64,000 nt of DNA from Candidatus Adlerbacteria bacterium (GCA_003135635.1 PLCJ01000002.1:44898-108897), one strand, 5' to 3'; shown: positions 38,276-48,635, counted from the stretch's first letter. Notes: generated by a model not told the origin, from the sequence alone. Translations and numbers: made by a program.

Positions 38276-39799
38276 CTATTTTTGAACGATTTCATACGCA
38301 ATCAGATAATCTCCGGAGGCTGGTTCACCTCCAGTTTTTATCATAGCGCCGAACTCTTGTCCGTTTTCCACTTTTTTAACATCTGATTTCTGCATTTGAA
38401 GAGAAACAATCTCACCGCGACCAATCTCAAGATCACGTCGCAGAATTTTTACATTATTGCCTTGTGTGAGAGTACCCTCTTCCACTCTACCGCCGACTAC
38501 GCAGCGTCCCCGGACACTACTGAAAACTTTAACTAACCGTGCTGAAGCTCGTGTTTCTTCATATCGTGCTCGTGGGCGGCGTGTTTCGATCTCGGATGTC
38601 AACCATTCTGTTAATTTGTAAATGATATCAAAAACAGCGATAGTAACTCCGAGACGCTCAGCGATATCTTTTGCCTCCCGCTCTACCTTGACGTTAAAAC
38701 CAAGAATAATTCCAGGGGTTTGCCCTGCTCCTGCAAGTCGTACATCGCTTTCGGTAATGGATCCAACTCCTTGCCGTACGATACGTATCTCAAGTTGATT
38801 CTCCGTAGAAAGTTTTCCTATCTCATGTATGATTGCTTCCCCCGTGCCCGCAACATCGGTTTTTATGATGAAGGGCAAAATTACCGGTTTCCTCTCTTCC
38901 TCCGCGTCTTCGCCTTGGGATACTGGGTGTATAGGAGCGGAGCGTGATACTAGGGCTTCAGCAACTTCTTCTTCTGCTTGTTTTTTTGTTTCAAGGGTGC
39001 GCCACTTTTCGCCGACGGGAGGAAGAATAGAAAATCCAACCACACGCACGGGGCTTCCCGGAGGAGCTTCTTTGATTGGTATACCTAAAAAATTTTCCAT
39101 GATCCGCACCGGAGCATAAGAATTTTTTGCTACAACGAATTCACCGCTCCTGAGTGTTCCGTCTTGGACTATAAGAGTTGCGGTATTCCCGCGTCGGGGA
39201 TCGACGTGGGCTTCTATAACTATTCCTCTGCCGGGGAGTGTAGGATCAGCAGTAAGTCCCTCAAGTTCCGCGGCAAGCAATATCAAATCAAGAAGTTCTG
39301 AAACGCCTTCACCTGTTTTCCCAGATACCGCGACGTATGGGACTTCACCGCCCATGCCCTCAAGCAGTACACCGTGCTCAAGTAGTGACATTTTTGCGCG
39401 CTCTATATTCATGTTTGGTTTGTCAATTTTAGTGAGCGCAACAATATAAGGAATGTGCACATCCTCAATCAATTTGAGGGCTTCAAGCGTTTGCTGCTTC
39501 GCTCCCTCTTCAGCAGAAACGACTAATATGGCGACATCAGCTACCTCAAGCCCGCGCATACGCATGGCGCGAAATGCCTCATGCCCCGGTGTATCCAAAA
39601 AGGTTATGTGCCGAAGGCCGCTAGAAGTTTTGTGTTCGGCTTCGTAAGCCGAGAGATACTGTGTAATGCCGCCCGTTTCCGATGCTACGACGTTCGTTCG
39701 TCTAATATAGTCAAGCAGCGTTGATTTACCGTGGTCGATGTGACCTACAATGACGACAATGGGTGGCCGTTCGTTCGGCCTCGAGATAATTGGTTCCAT
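38276..39799 (-). CDS. infB: translation initiation factor IF-2 (short N-terminus)
   Basis: [20 protein letters not shown] and TKIDK GTPase motifs. IF-2 C-terminal domains. Confidence 0.9.
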   Translation of the reverse strand: MEPIISRPNERPPIVVIVGHIDHGKSTLLDYIRRTNVVASETGGITQYLSAYEAEHKTSSGLRHITFLDTPGHEAFRAMRMRGLEVADVAILVVSAEEGAKQQTLEALKLIEDVHIPYIVALTKIDKPNMNIERAKMSLLEHGVLLEGMGGEVPYVAVSGKTGEGVSELLDLILLAAELEGLTADPTLPGRGIVIEAHVDPRRGNTATLIVQDGTLRSGEFVVAKNSYAPVRIMENFLGIPIKEAPPGSPVRVVGFSILPPVGEKWRTLETKKQAEEEVAEALVSRSAPIHPVSQGEDAEEERKPVILPFIIKTDVAGTGEAIIHEIGKLSTENQLEIRIVRQGVGSITESDVRLAGAGQTPGIILGFNVKVEREAKDIAERLGVTIAVFDIIYKLTEWLTSEIETRRPRARYEETRASARLVKVFSSVRGRCVVGGRVEEGTLTQGNNVKILRRDLEIGRGEIVSLQMQKSDVKKVENGQEFGAMIKTGGEPASGDYLIAYEIVQK

Positions 39800-39825
39800 A
39801 GGAAAAGTTTCGCTTCACAGTATAT

Positions 39826-40323
39826 TTAGTGAGATACAGTGCGCTTTGTAATTGATTTCTTCGCACGTTCTATCGCTTCCTTTTCTTCCCGGGTTAGTTC
39901 AAAAGAGGAAATGCCTCGTTCTATCGGTTTACCATAGACAGCGACACGATCACGTGTGTAGAGACTAGAGAATACCACACCACTGTGTCCTTCATCAAGA
40001 AACGCTATAGCGAAGCTCTGATTGCCTCCCGAGCCGTCTCCGGAAAATGGGTTAAAACGTACGATCCCAATACCAGAAATATTTCCACGCAGACGTGCTT
40101 CTGCGAGTTTAAGGTATTTCTCAAGTTCCAAGCGAAACTCTTTTATCTCTTTCATTTCACGAGTTAGAGTGCCCAAAGTCTCTTCAAATGATCCCTTTGA
40201 TCCGAGAGTAAGACGTGACAACCGCCTCTGTAGCAAGATGAGCAGAATAAGCCCTATACAGCTCAAAATAAGCGCGCCCACTGCCAGCCAGGGCACTGCA
40301 TACGTGAAATACGCAAACGACAT
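39826..40323 (-). CDS. DUF4446-like membrane-anchored protein
   Basis: N-terminal TM helix, coiled coil, and a conserved FNPFSG region. Confidence 0.45.
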   Translation of the reverse strand: MSFAYFTYAVPWLAVGALILSCIGLILLILLQRRLSRLTLGSKGSFEETLGTLTREMKEIKEFRLELEKYLKLAEARLRGNISGIGIVRFNPFSGDGSGGNQSFAIAFLDEGHSGVVFSSLYTRDRVAVYGKPIERGISSFELTREEKEAIERAKKSITKRTVSH

Positions 40324-40343
40324 GAAGCCAGTATACTGTACGC

Positions 40344-41540
40344 ATGCTTTTTTTTAAAAAACGGATCTATGCGGATGCTGCAGCTGCAACCCCGCTCTCT
40401 TTGGGTGCAAGAAAGGAACTTCTGCGACTTTTAAATATTTACGGCAATGCCGGTTCGCTTCACCTTGAAGGGGTCCTTGCTAAGGGGGAACTTGAACATG
40501 CACGGATGACTATTGCCTCAGTGCTGGGGGCACACACAAATGAGATTGTTTTTACTGCAAGCGGAACCGAAGGAAATAATTTAGCGCTATACGGGGTGCT
40601 TCAGCCTTTACTCATGGAGCATAAGGAATTGTATGCCCTTACTTTAGCAATTGAGCATCAATCGGTGCTAGAGCCTCTCCTAGCCCTTAAGCAAAGAGGT
40701 CTCAGCGTCACGATACTGCCAGTTGACCAGGAGGGGCTTATCTTACCCCAAGCGCTTCAGGAGGCTGTAGGAGAGAAAACTGCTCTGGTGTCCATCCAAT
40801 TAATGAACAATGAGATAGGTACTCTTCAGCCGCTGCGGGAAATAGCTAAAGAACTCAGACACATTGCTAAAAAAAGGGTATTGGATGGCAATTTGCTCCC
40901 CCTATACTTTCACTGCGATGCCTCTCAAGCACCCTTGTGGGCGTCATTGCAAGTAAGTGCTCTGGGGGTCGACCTTATGACACTTGATGCGCAAAAAATA
41001 CTCGGGCCGAAGGGTATGGGAGCTCTTTTTATAAAACGTGGCACCCACATCGTGCCTCTGGTTTCCGGTGCTGGTCAAGAAGGAGGCTTGCGTGGTGGAA
41101 CGCCGAATGTTCCGCTCGCTGGATCCTTTGCCTATGCGCTTCAAGATGCACAAAGCGATGTAGCATCTCGCTGTAGGGAAGTGGCAGCGATACGAGATTT
41201 TTTATTTCAAGAAATTCAACGTCTTATTCCGGAGGTAGTATTAAACGGACCAGCTCTTCACCATCGGGCCCCAAATAATCTCAATATTTCTGTACCAGGA
41301 CTTGATGGCGAAACAGCAGTGATTGCTATGAATGCTGAAGGTATTGCAATATCAACGCGCTCTGCGTGTAGCATGGGCGATCAAGGAGTATCGCATGTTC
41401 TCAAGGCACTCCATGCTCCTGAGCATATTTTAAAAACAGCCGTACGCATCACGCTTCTCCCCACAGTAACGCGAGCGGATGCAAAGCGAATCGCGCACGC
41501 CTTGGTAAGTGTTGTGCATCGATATAAAACTGTTTTATAA
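40344..41540 (+). CDS. iscS: cysteine desulfurase (class V aminotransferase, IscS/NifS-like)
   Basis: PLP-fold motifs SGTEGNNLAL, HCDASQA and the C-terminal active-site region STRSACS. Confidence 0.85.
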   Translation: MLFFKKRIYADAAAATPLSLGARKELLRLLNIYGNAGSLHLEGVLAKGELEHARMTIASVLGAHTNEIVFTASGTEGNNLALYGVLQPLLMEHKELYALTLAIEHQSVLEPLLALKQRGLSVTILPVDQEGLILPQALQEAVGEKTALVSIQLMNNEIGTLQPLREIAKELRHIAKKRVLDGNLLPLYFHCDASQAPLWASLQVSALGVDLMTLDAQKILGPKGMGALFIKRGTHIVPLVSGAGQEGGLRGGTPNVPLAGSFAYALQDAQSDVASRCREVAAIRDFLFQEIQRLIPEVVLNGPALHHRAPNNLNISVPGLDGETAVIAMNAEGIAISTRSACSMGDQGVSHVLKALHAPEHILKTAVRITLLPTVTRADAKRIAHALVSVVHRYKTVL

Positions 41541-41550
41541 TACATTGTCC

Positions 41551-42366
41551 ATGGATCTTGAAAAACTCACAAAGCATCAAATTATTCTTCTTACGTTGCT
41601 GGTAAGCTTTATGACCTCTATAGCAACGGGTATTGTTACGGTATCTCTTATGAATCAAGCATCTCCACAGGTAACTCGTATTATCAACCAAGTAGTTCAA
41701 CAAACAGTTGAAAAGGTTGTGCCGGTGCAACAAGGCCCCATTACTGGGGGGACGGTGGTAAAAACGGTCGTCCAAAGCGATGATGTCGTTGCGCAATCAG
41801 TAAGCGCCGCGCGGAAGGGGATTATTCGCATCACCGTAAAAGGGAGTGACAAGCTTATTGCTCGCGGCATCATCATCAACTCAAGCGGTATGGCACTCAC
41901 GGACAGAGAAGCACTGATTGATTCAGGAGCAAGCGCATTTGATGCGATTTTATTCTCTGGCCAACGTGTGCCGATTACCATCCCCACGGGGCAATCAAGC
42001 GCTGATCCTATTTTGAGGATCGCGGTTACGGTAGGTACTTCAACAGGTTTTGCGCCAGCTTATCTTGCTGATCCCCAAAAGCTCACTTTGGGGGAAGGTG
42101 TCATCCGTATTGATGGTATCGCCGCCGATACGGTGAGCGAAGGCGTCATTGCCATGATTCCTTCTAGCTCCTCCTCAAACAGCCCTACGGAGGTTGAAGC
42201 AAGTATGACTTCACAGACGCCGGGCTCGGTTCTCCTTTCTCTTTTTGGAGACGTAATCGCCCTTTCCACTACGGTATCTCAGGCGCAGGGTAGTGATTTC
42301 TATAGCGTGCCCACAACCACACTGTCTGTCGCTACTACTACTCCTGCAGCAAAATCATCCTTATAA
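41551..42366 (+). CDS. hypothetical membrane-anchored secreted protein
   Basis: TM helix near the N-terminus, Ser/Thr-rich C-terminus. Start taken at the internal ATG of ORF 41509..42366. Confidence 0.4.
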   Translation: MDLEKLTKHQIILLTLLVSFMTSIATGIVTVSLMNQASPQVTRIINQVVQQTVEKVVPVQQGPITGGTVVKTVVQSDDVVAQSVSAARKGIIRITVKGSDKLIARGIIINSSGMALTDREALIDSGASAFDAILFSGQRVPITIPTGQSSADPILRIAVTVGTSTGFAPAYLADPQKLTLGEGVIRIDGIAADTVSEGVIAMIPSSSSSNSPTEVEASMTSQTPGSVLLSLFGDVIALSTTVSQAQGSDFYSVPTTTLSVATTTPAAKSSL

Positions 42367-42383
42367 TCGTATATATTTAACGT

Positions 42384-45068
42384 ATGCCCCCATTCAATCA
42401 CTTTACTACCAAGGCGAAAGAAGCTATGCGCCGCGCGCATGAGCTTGCTGTAGAGCGTGGACAAAACCAAGTAGGCCCCATGCATCTTCTTGGAGCCCTC
42501 CTTGAGCAAGAGGAAAGCATGGTTACTTCAGTACTTGAAAAACTCGATGTCGATCTTATGCTCCTTAGCGACACTATTTTGGAAAGCATTGAAGGCGGCA
42601 ACCCCAGCTCGGTTCTCTCTCCCTCCTATCAGCTCTATCTCACACCGGAGTTGGTTCAGACACTTGAGCGATCTGCAAAAATTGCCACTGAACTACACGA
42701 TGAGTTTGTCTCAACTGAACACCTTTTTATCTCACTTCTTGATGTATCAAATGTTGCGCGCGAAGCGCTTGGCCGCTTTCGTGTCACGCGCGAAAGTGTT
42801 GTACGGGCTCTTTCTGAGATCCGCTCAGGAAAAGGAGCACCTGCCGCAGAACAAAAGAAATTCCGCGCGCTGTCTAAATATACCCGCTCTCTTACTAAGC
42901 TTGCTCTTGAAAATAAACTCGACCCAGTCATTGGACGAGAAGTAGAAATAAGCCGCGTCATACAAATTCTTTCCAGACGTACGAAGAACAACCCCATTCT
43001 CATCGGTGAAGCGGGTGTCGGTAAGACCGCCATAGCGGAAGGTCTCGCGCAACGCATAGCAATGGGGGATGTGCCAGAATCGCTGCGTGGTAAAGACTTG
43101 GTCTCACTTGATCTCGGTGCGCTCATTGCCGGCACAAAATACCGCGGCGAATTTGAAGAACGTCTAAAAGCTATTGTGAAAGAAATTGAACGCGCGGAAG
43201 GGAAGATCCTCCTTTTTATCGATGAAATTCACACCATCATCGGAGCGGGAGCTGCTGAGGGGGCTATGGATGCCTCCAATATGCTCAAACCCGCCCTTGC
43301 ACGCGGGGATCTTCATGTTATAGGTGCCACCACACTGCGTGAATATCAAAGACATATTGAACGTGACCCAGCTTTTCAAAGACGCTTCCAACCAGTGCAT
43401 GTGCCGGAACCCACAGTGGAGGACGCGGTTGCGATTTTGCGTGGTCTCAAAGAAAAGTATGAACTTTTCCACGGTGTCCATATTACTGATGATTCCCTTA
43501 TTGCAGCAGTTGAACTATCCGCTCGCTACATTCCCGATCGTTTTCTTCCTGATAAGGCAATAGACCTCATCGATGAAGCATCATCGTCCTTGCGTATTTC
43601 ACTTGAAAATAAGCCTCCCATACTTGAAGATGCACACCGAAAAATAACGCGCCTTCAGATAGAAAAAGAAGCGCTGCGCAAAGAAACCACGGATCAGGAG
43701 GAAGGGAAAAAAGCAAAAGCTCGTACAAAAGTTATTGATCACGATATTGCTGATCTGAAAGAAAAAACTTCTGAACTTGAGATGCGCTGGAAAAATGAAA
43801 AGCAGATTCTTCAAGACATCAAGAGCATCAAAAAAGAACTTGAAAGCTTGCGCATTGAAGAAGAAACGGTAGAAGCCGCTGTTGATCTTGCTCGTGCCGC
43901 GGAGATTCGCTATGGGGAAATACCCGCTCTTGAGCGCGAGTTAGAGCAAAAACAAAAACGACTCAAAAAACTTCAGACTTCACGTCGTCTACTCAAGGAA
44001 GATATCACTGAGAATGATATTGCCAAAGTAGTCTCTGCGTGGACCGGCGTTCCGGTATCGCGCATGCTTGAAGAGGAGGTGGAGAAACTCTCTCGTATCG
44101 AAGCTGAGCTTGAATCGCGAGTGGTTGGTCAACATGAGGCAGTGCAAAAAGTTGCTGATGCTGTAAAACGCTCACGCGCTGGCATCGCCGATCCGAACCG
44201 CCCTATCGCTTCGTTCATGTTTCTGGGTCCCACTGGCGTTGGAAAAACGGAGCTTACTCGCGCGCTTGCAAAATTTATGTTTGATGACGAGAAGGCGCTC
44301 ATCCGTGTTGATATGTCGGAATATATGGAAAAGCACTCTGTCTCCAAGATCATTGGGGCACCCCCAGGATATGTCGGCCATGAGGAAGGGGGTGCGCTCA
44401 CCGAGTTAGTGAGACATCGTCCTTATGCAGTGTTGCTGTTTGATGAAATTGAAAAGGCTCATCCCGAGATCTTTAATATTTTGCTACAGGTCCTTGATAA
44501 TGGTTATCTTACTGATGCAAAGGGCCGTAAAGTCAACTTCCGCAATGCCATCATTATTATGACTTCAAACATCGGTGCACAGTACATCGATAAAATGGAA
44601 CAAATTGGTTTTGCAATGAACAGCAGCGACGCAAATAATTACCGCATGGCAAAAGAAAAAGTTCAGCTCACTCTTAAGGATTATTTCCGTCCAGAATTTC
44701 TTAATCGTCTTGATGAAATTATCATCTTCAATATTCTTTCTCCTGAAGCGGTTAAGGAAATCGTTAGAATACAGGTGCGTGAGGTTGTCGAACGTCTCGC
44801 GACAAAAGACATTACTCTTACCGTAAGCCCTGCCGTGTATGAGTACTTAGCCCAGGAAGGTTACAATCCACACTATGGTGCGCGGCCTTTGCGTAGACTT
44901 ATTCAGGACAAGATTCTCACTAAGGTAGCAAATCTCATGGTCTCGCGTGGCGTACTTTCCGGCGGCACGGTTTCCGTTGATGTGAAAGAAAAGGAGTTTT
45001 CTTTTGACGTTAAAAAAATGTCCAAGAGCAAGGGCATGCGAGTAACTGCATTGCAACCAACCGCATAA
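42384..45068 (+). CDS. clpB: ATP-dependent chaperone ClpB
   Basis: Clp N-domain, two AAA+ modules (GEAGVGKT and GPTGVGKT Walker A) and a long middle coiled-coil domain. 894 aa. Confidence 0.95.
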   Translation: MPPFNHFTTKAKEAMRRAHELAVERGQNQVGPMHLLGALLEQEESMVTSVLEKLDVDLMLLSDTILESIEGGNPSSVLSPSYQLYLTPELVQTLERSAKIATELHDEFVSTEHLFISLLDVSNVAREALGRFRVTRESVVRALSEIRSGKGAPAAEQKKFRALSKYTRSLTKLALENKLDPVIGREVEISRVIQILSRRTKNNPILIGEAGVGKTAIAEGLAQRIAMGDVPESLRGKDLVSLDLGALIAGTKYRGEFEERLKAIVKEIERAEGKILLFIDEIHTIIGAGAAEGAMDASNMLKPALARGDLHVIGATTLREYQRHIERDPAFQRRFQPVHVPEPTVEDAVAILRGLKEKYELFHGVHITDDSLIAAVELSARYIPDRFLPDKAIDLIDEASSSLRISLENKPPILEDAHRKITRLQIEKEALRKETTDQEEGKKAKARTKVIDHDIADLKEKTSELEMRWKNEKQILQDIKSIKKELESLRIEEETVEAAVDLARAAEIRYGEIPALERELEQKQKRLKKLQTSRRLLKEDITENDIAKVVSAWTGVPVSRMLEEEVEKLSRIEAELESRVVGQHEAVQKVADAVKRSRAGIADPNRPIASFMFLGPTGVGKTELTRALAKFMFDDEKALIRVDMSEYMEKHSVSKIIGAPPGYVGHEEGGALTELVRHRPYAVLLFDEIEKAHPEIFNILLQVLDNGYLTDAKGRKVNFRNAIIIMTSNIGAQYIDKMEQIGFAMNSSDANNYRMAKEKVQLTLKDYFRPEFLNRLDEIIIFNILSPEAVKEIVRIQVREVVERLATKDITLTVSPAVYEYLAQEGYNPHYGARPLRRLIQDKILTKVANLMVSRGVLSGGTVSVDVKEKEFSFDVKKMSKSKGMRVTALQPTA

Positions 45069-45148
45069 TACAAAATCTCCTCGCCGCTTTCACTGCGAGG
45101 AGAAATTTGTCTCGGACGTCCGTCTTCAGACGTTAAGTATTGTCTATG

Positions 45149-45232
45149 TGCGCCGGGAGGGATTCGAACCCCCGTAGCCGCAAGGGCGCTTGGTTTACAG
45201 CCAAGTGCAATTGACCACTCTGCCACCGACGC
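45149..45232 (-). tRNA. tRNA-Tyr(GTA)
   Basis: Read on the reverse complement: acceptor GCGTCGG/CCGGCGC, anticodon loop CTGTAAA, long variable arm (bacterial class II Tyr). Confidence 0.85.
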
Positions 45233-45293
45233 AACTTCTATAAAGTACAACACCTTGGGTTTATCCGCAAAAAATCCTGCTATAATAACAACC

Positions 45294-46769
45294 ATGAACA
45301 CGCGCGCATTATGCGCATGGCTTGTTAGTCTCTGGTTCTTTTTTGTACCGTGTTTAAGCTTTGCTCAAGCACAAAGTACTAGCTCATCAACCTCCGCAAC
45401 CACCACTTCCTTCTGCTCCCTTAGTGTTTCCCCGCAGACCATACCCCAAGGAGCTTCCACTCTTCTCTCTTGGAAAAGTAGTACTACAACAACCTCTGCC
45501 ACGATCTCAGGCATTGGTCCAGTTGCGGCTTCCGGTGCACTGTTTGTCGCACCAACCCAATCGATTACCTTTGTCGGAACTTTCACTGGCCCTTGGGGGA
45601 TGATTCATTGCTCCGTGCCACTTTATGTAACTGCACCCTCTTCCAGTCAATCAGGAAGCGGAACAGGCGTAACAGGCGGAACAGTAGGAGGGGGAAGTGT
45701 GACCTATACTCCACCCACTACGGGAACAACCCCTGCGTATACAGGCACCCCTTCATCTCAAACTCCAGGGTATTCAGGTACTCCAGCCTACTCTGGCACT
45801 CCTGGTTACACTCCACCAATTACCTCCACACAACCCTCCTCTCCAACGACACCCACCTTCAATGCAAGTTCTTTGTCGTACCCCGCATCAACAGGCAACA
45901 CCAGTGGCTCGGGAGCGGTGAGTAGTTTGGTGCCACAGTGCGCGGGCGGTGCTACTGAGTGCACTCTGTGTGACCTTGAAAAACTTATCCAAAACATCAT
46001 CAATTTTGCTCTTGGTCTTTCAATTCCTATCGCTATGCTTCTTTTCGCGATGGCTGGCATTCTTTATTTTACTTCCGGAGCGAACCCCTCTAACACTGAT
46101 CGTGCAAAAAAAATCTTCTCTGCCACATTTATGGGTCTCCTTATTGCTATCTCTGGCTGGCTTCTCGTACAGACAGTGATGAATGTATTTGTTACCGGAA
46201 AAAACTTCACGGACTGGAGCTGGAATAATCTACAATGCTCACCAACGCCATACACACCGACGACCGTTACCCAATGGCTCAATAGTGTTTTGGGATCGGG
46301 ACTGGGTAGTACGTTATCGCCGACGGGGGGAGGTGTTACCAGCGGTTCTGGTGCTCAGTGTGCGAGTGGCAAATCTGCCTGTAGTCCAGCGGCTCTACAG
46401 GCGGTGGGATATACTCCAGCTCAAGCTAATGCAATGTCATGCATTGCTGTGACCGAAAGTAGTGGTAACCCGCAAACACCCAACAGTTCAAGCGGCGCGT
46501 GTGGGACATTTCAGATATTGCAATCCAATTGGAACAATCCTAACTATCATGGACCGGGTTGCAGTAGTGCGACATCGTGCAATGACGCGGCGTGCAATGC
46601 ACAGACAGCGCGGATAATGTTTAATCAGTCAGGGTATCAGCCATGGACAGGAGTATATCCTCCCGGTTCTATTGTGGATGGACAAAATCTGTCAGGACAA
46701 CATTGGAACGCGAACGCAGTCAGTTGTGTCCAGATGTATGATCCAAATACCACTGCACAGCTGCAATGA
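45294..46769 (+). CDS. secreted Thr/Ser/Pro-rich protein fusing a pilin-like two-helix module to a C-terminal SLT-family lytic transglycosylase domain
   Basis: Signal peptide; GTPxYSGTP repeats; central motif LIQNIINFALGLSIPIAMLLFAMAGILYF...KKIFSATFMGLLIAISGWLLVQ paralogous to P1-P4; C-terminal SLT signature CIAVTESSGNPQTPNSSSGACGTFQILQSNW. Confidence 0.6.
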   Translation: MNTRALCAWLVSLWFFFVPCLSFAQAQSTSSSTSATTTSFCSLSVSPQTIPQGASTLLSWKSSTTTTSATISGIGPVAASGALFVAPTQSITFVGTFTGPWGMIHCSVPLYVTAPSSSQSGSGTGVTGGTVGGGSVTYTPPTTGTTPAYTGTPSSQTPGYSGTPAYSGTPGYTPPITSTQPSSPTTPTFNASSLSYPASTGNTSGSGAVSSLVPQCAGGATECTLCDLEKLIQNIINFALGLSIPIAMLLFAMAGILYFTSGANPSNTDRAKKIFSATFMGLLIAISGWLLVQTVMNVFVTGKNFTDWSWNNLQCSPTPYTPTTVTQWLNSVLGSGLGSTLSPTGGGVTSGSGAQCASGKSACSPAALQAVGYTPAQANAMSCIAVTESSGNPQTPNSSSGACGTFQILQSNWNNPNYHGPGCSSATSCNDAACNAQTARIMFNQSGYQPWTGVYPPGSIVDGQNLSGQHWNANAVSCVQMYDPNTTAQLQ

Positions 46770-46782
46770 AACGAAAATTTTT

Positions 46783-47376
46783 ATGAGTAAAACTTTGACA
46801 ATAAGTATAGGAGTACTCATAGTCATTGGACTTGTTGTACTCATTATCTTCAAACTGTTTACCGGTTCAAATAGTCAAGTACCAACAACTAATACCCTCT
46901 ACACGGGAGGTTTAAATACAGAACCTTCTCCCACAGTCTCGCCATCTCTTTCTGGCTCAGGGACGCAAGCCAGTAGTGGTAATACAATTTCTATCGCGGC
47001 CACAAACGGAGGAACCATTCAAGCCAATAATTTTAAAAATGATCCAGCGACCACACAAGATCCGATTAATACCGGTTATTACTACCTTGGCTATCATGTC
47101 TATGGAGGTGTTCCGGATTCAACTTCAACCAACACTCTCCCGTATGTCATAGAATATATTGATACGACTCAATACTTTAATATTGAACTTTTACAAGAAC
47201 CGATAGGAGTTACACGCCAGCAGGCAGAGCAGTATCTCATGGCACACCTCGGTATATCGCAGAGTCAGATGTGTGAACTCAACTATATGGTCAGTGTACC
47301 GTATAGTGTCAATCAATTTTACTCTAGTCGCAGCCTTGGCTTCAGTTTTTGTCCAGGGGCGACAGCACTACAATAA
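46783..47376 (+). CDS. hypothetical membrane-anchored protein
   Basis: Start at the internal ATG (MSKTLTISIGVLIV) of ORF 46672..47376. One N-terminal TM helix. Confidence 0.4.
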   Translation: MSKTLTISIGVLIVIGLVVLIIFKLFTGSNSQVPTTNTLYTGGLNTEPSPTVSPSLSGSGTQASSGNTISIAATNGGTIQANNFKNDPATTQDPINTGYYYLGYHVYGGVPDSTSTNTLPYVIEYIDTTQYFNIELLQEPIGVTRQQAEQYLMAHLGISQSQMCELNYMVSVPYSVNQFYSSRSLGFSFCPGATALQ

Positions 47377-47476
47377 TTAGAAAAATATTCTTTTCTGTCT
47401 TATTTCTAATGATGTTAATTATAAAGTGTGATAAGAAGTTGCACCCTAATGCTATGTAGCGTATAGTTCCGCGTGT

Positions 47477-47635
47477 ATGTCCCAAGATCGTCTAATAAAA
47501 CTTGCATGTAGCACCTGCAAGCGCACCAACTACTGGTCTTCCAAAAATAAGAAAAAAGTTGAGCGTAAGATAGAGCTCAAGAAATTTTGCAAATGGTGCA
47601 GAGCTCAAACTGTACATAAAGAGGCAAAGAAATAG
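47477..47635 (+). CDS. rpmG: 50S ribosomal protein L33 (zinc-ribbon type)
   Basis: Not in the ORF track (52 aa). MSQDRLIKLACSTCKRTNYWSSKNKKKVERKIELKKFCKWCRAQTVHKEAKK, with CxxC...CxxC and the KEAK C-terminus typical of L33. Confidence 0.8.
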   Translation: MSQDRLIKLACSTCKRTNYWSSKNKKKVERKIELKKFCKWCRAQTVHKEAKK

Positions 47636-47651
47636 GATATACTCCTGGCAA

Positions 47652-47722
47652 GGGCCTATAGTTCAATGGTAGAATAGCGGTCTCCAAAACCGTTGATCGA
47701 GGTTCGAATCCTCGTGGGCCCG
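47652..47722 (+). tRNA. tRNA-Trp(CCA)
   Basis: Acceptor GGGCCTA/TGGGCCC, anticodon loop CTCCAAA, T-arm CGAGGTTCGAATCCTCG, discriminator G. Confidence 0.8.
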
Positions 47723-47736
47723 CCCACATAGATACT

Positions 47737-48630
47737 ATGAAAAAAACCGCCCTATTAATTATCCTTTTTTCCCTTCTGGTGATTGCTGCTTTGGTCTATG
47801 GAATAAGCAGAGGCAATATATTTCAACAACCAACCATTACTCCTTCAGGTACTTCTTCTCAAAATACGGTTACCTATTTTTGCACCAACGGCAAAAATAT
47901 TACTGCAACGTTTGCCAGCAGCACCGTTTCTCTTGCCCTGTCTGACGGCCGCTCTTTCATGCTTCCGCAGGTCATGTCAGGCTCTGGTATTCGATATGAA
48001 GAACAACAAGGCACTAGCAGTGATATAACCTTCTCAAATGAAGGGGATAATGCTTTTCTCACGGAAAATAATCAGACCACCTATGATAACTGTCTTGCGG
48101 GTACTACTGCTTCCTATGGCACAAGCACTATATTTACTGATGAGGGCAAGACGTTCAGCTTTGTCTACCCCAGCAATTTTACTGTGGTGGGAGGCGGCGT
48201 CGGCTATACGCAGAGTTGGGCCCAACAGGCAACCACCTCGGGTCTTTTGCTTGCAGTTCTCAATGTACCCCAATCATTTGAGCCTAAAACTAATTTTGCA
48301 GATGCTGCGTTTAGTGTGGGTACGAGTCCTGATCCTCAGGCGGTAAGTTACTGTCTTACTCCCTCTCAGGGCAATGGATCCAAACCGACACAAGTAACTA
48401 TCAACGGAGTGCTCTATACCACATTCACCATCTCAGACGCTGGAGCGGGTAATTTCTATACCACCACTACCTATCGGGTAGTGCGCAACAGCCAGTGTTA
48501 TGCGATTGAATACACCATTCACTCAACTAATATTGGTAACTACCCACCTAGTCTGGGTATTTCTCAGTTTGATCAGCAAAAGATTCAAAATGTGCTTGAT
48601 GGAATAGTGCAGAGCTTCAAGTTTTTGTAA
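47737..48630 (+). CDS. lipoprotein-like secreted protein with N-terminal MliC/PliC-type lysozyme-inhibitor-like domain
   Basis: Signal/TM at the N-terminus; a Cys-bracketed domain YFCTNGKNITATF...SGSGIRYEE...DNC matches the MliC pattern; a C-terminal domain of unknown function follows. Confidence 0.5.
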   Translation: MKKTALLIILFSLLVIAALVYGISRGNIFQQPTITPSGTSSQNTVTYFCTNGKNITATFASSTVSLALSDGRSFMLPQVMSGSGIRYEEQQGTSSDITFSNEGDNAFLTENNQTTYDNCLAGTTASYGTSTIFTDEGKTFSFVYPSNFTVVGGGVGYTQSWAQQATTSGLLLAVLNVPQSFEPKTNFADAAFSVGTSPDPQAVSYCLTPSQGNGSKPTQVTINGVLYTTFTISDAGAGNFYTTTTYRVVRNSQCYAIEYTIHSTNIGNYPPSLGISQFDQQKIQNVLDGIVQSFKFL

Positions 48631-48635
48631 GCAAA

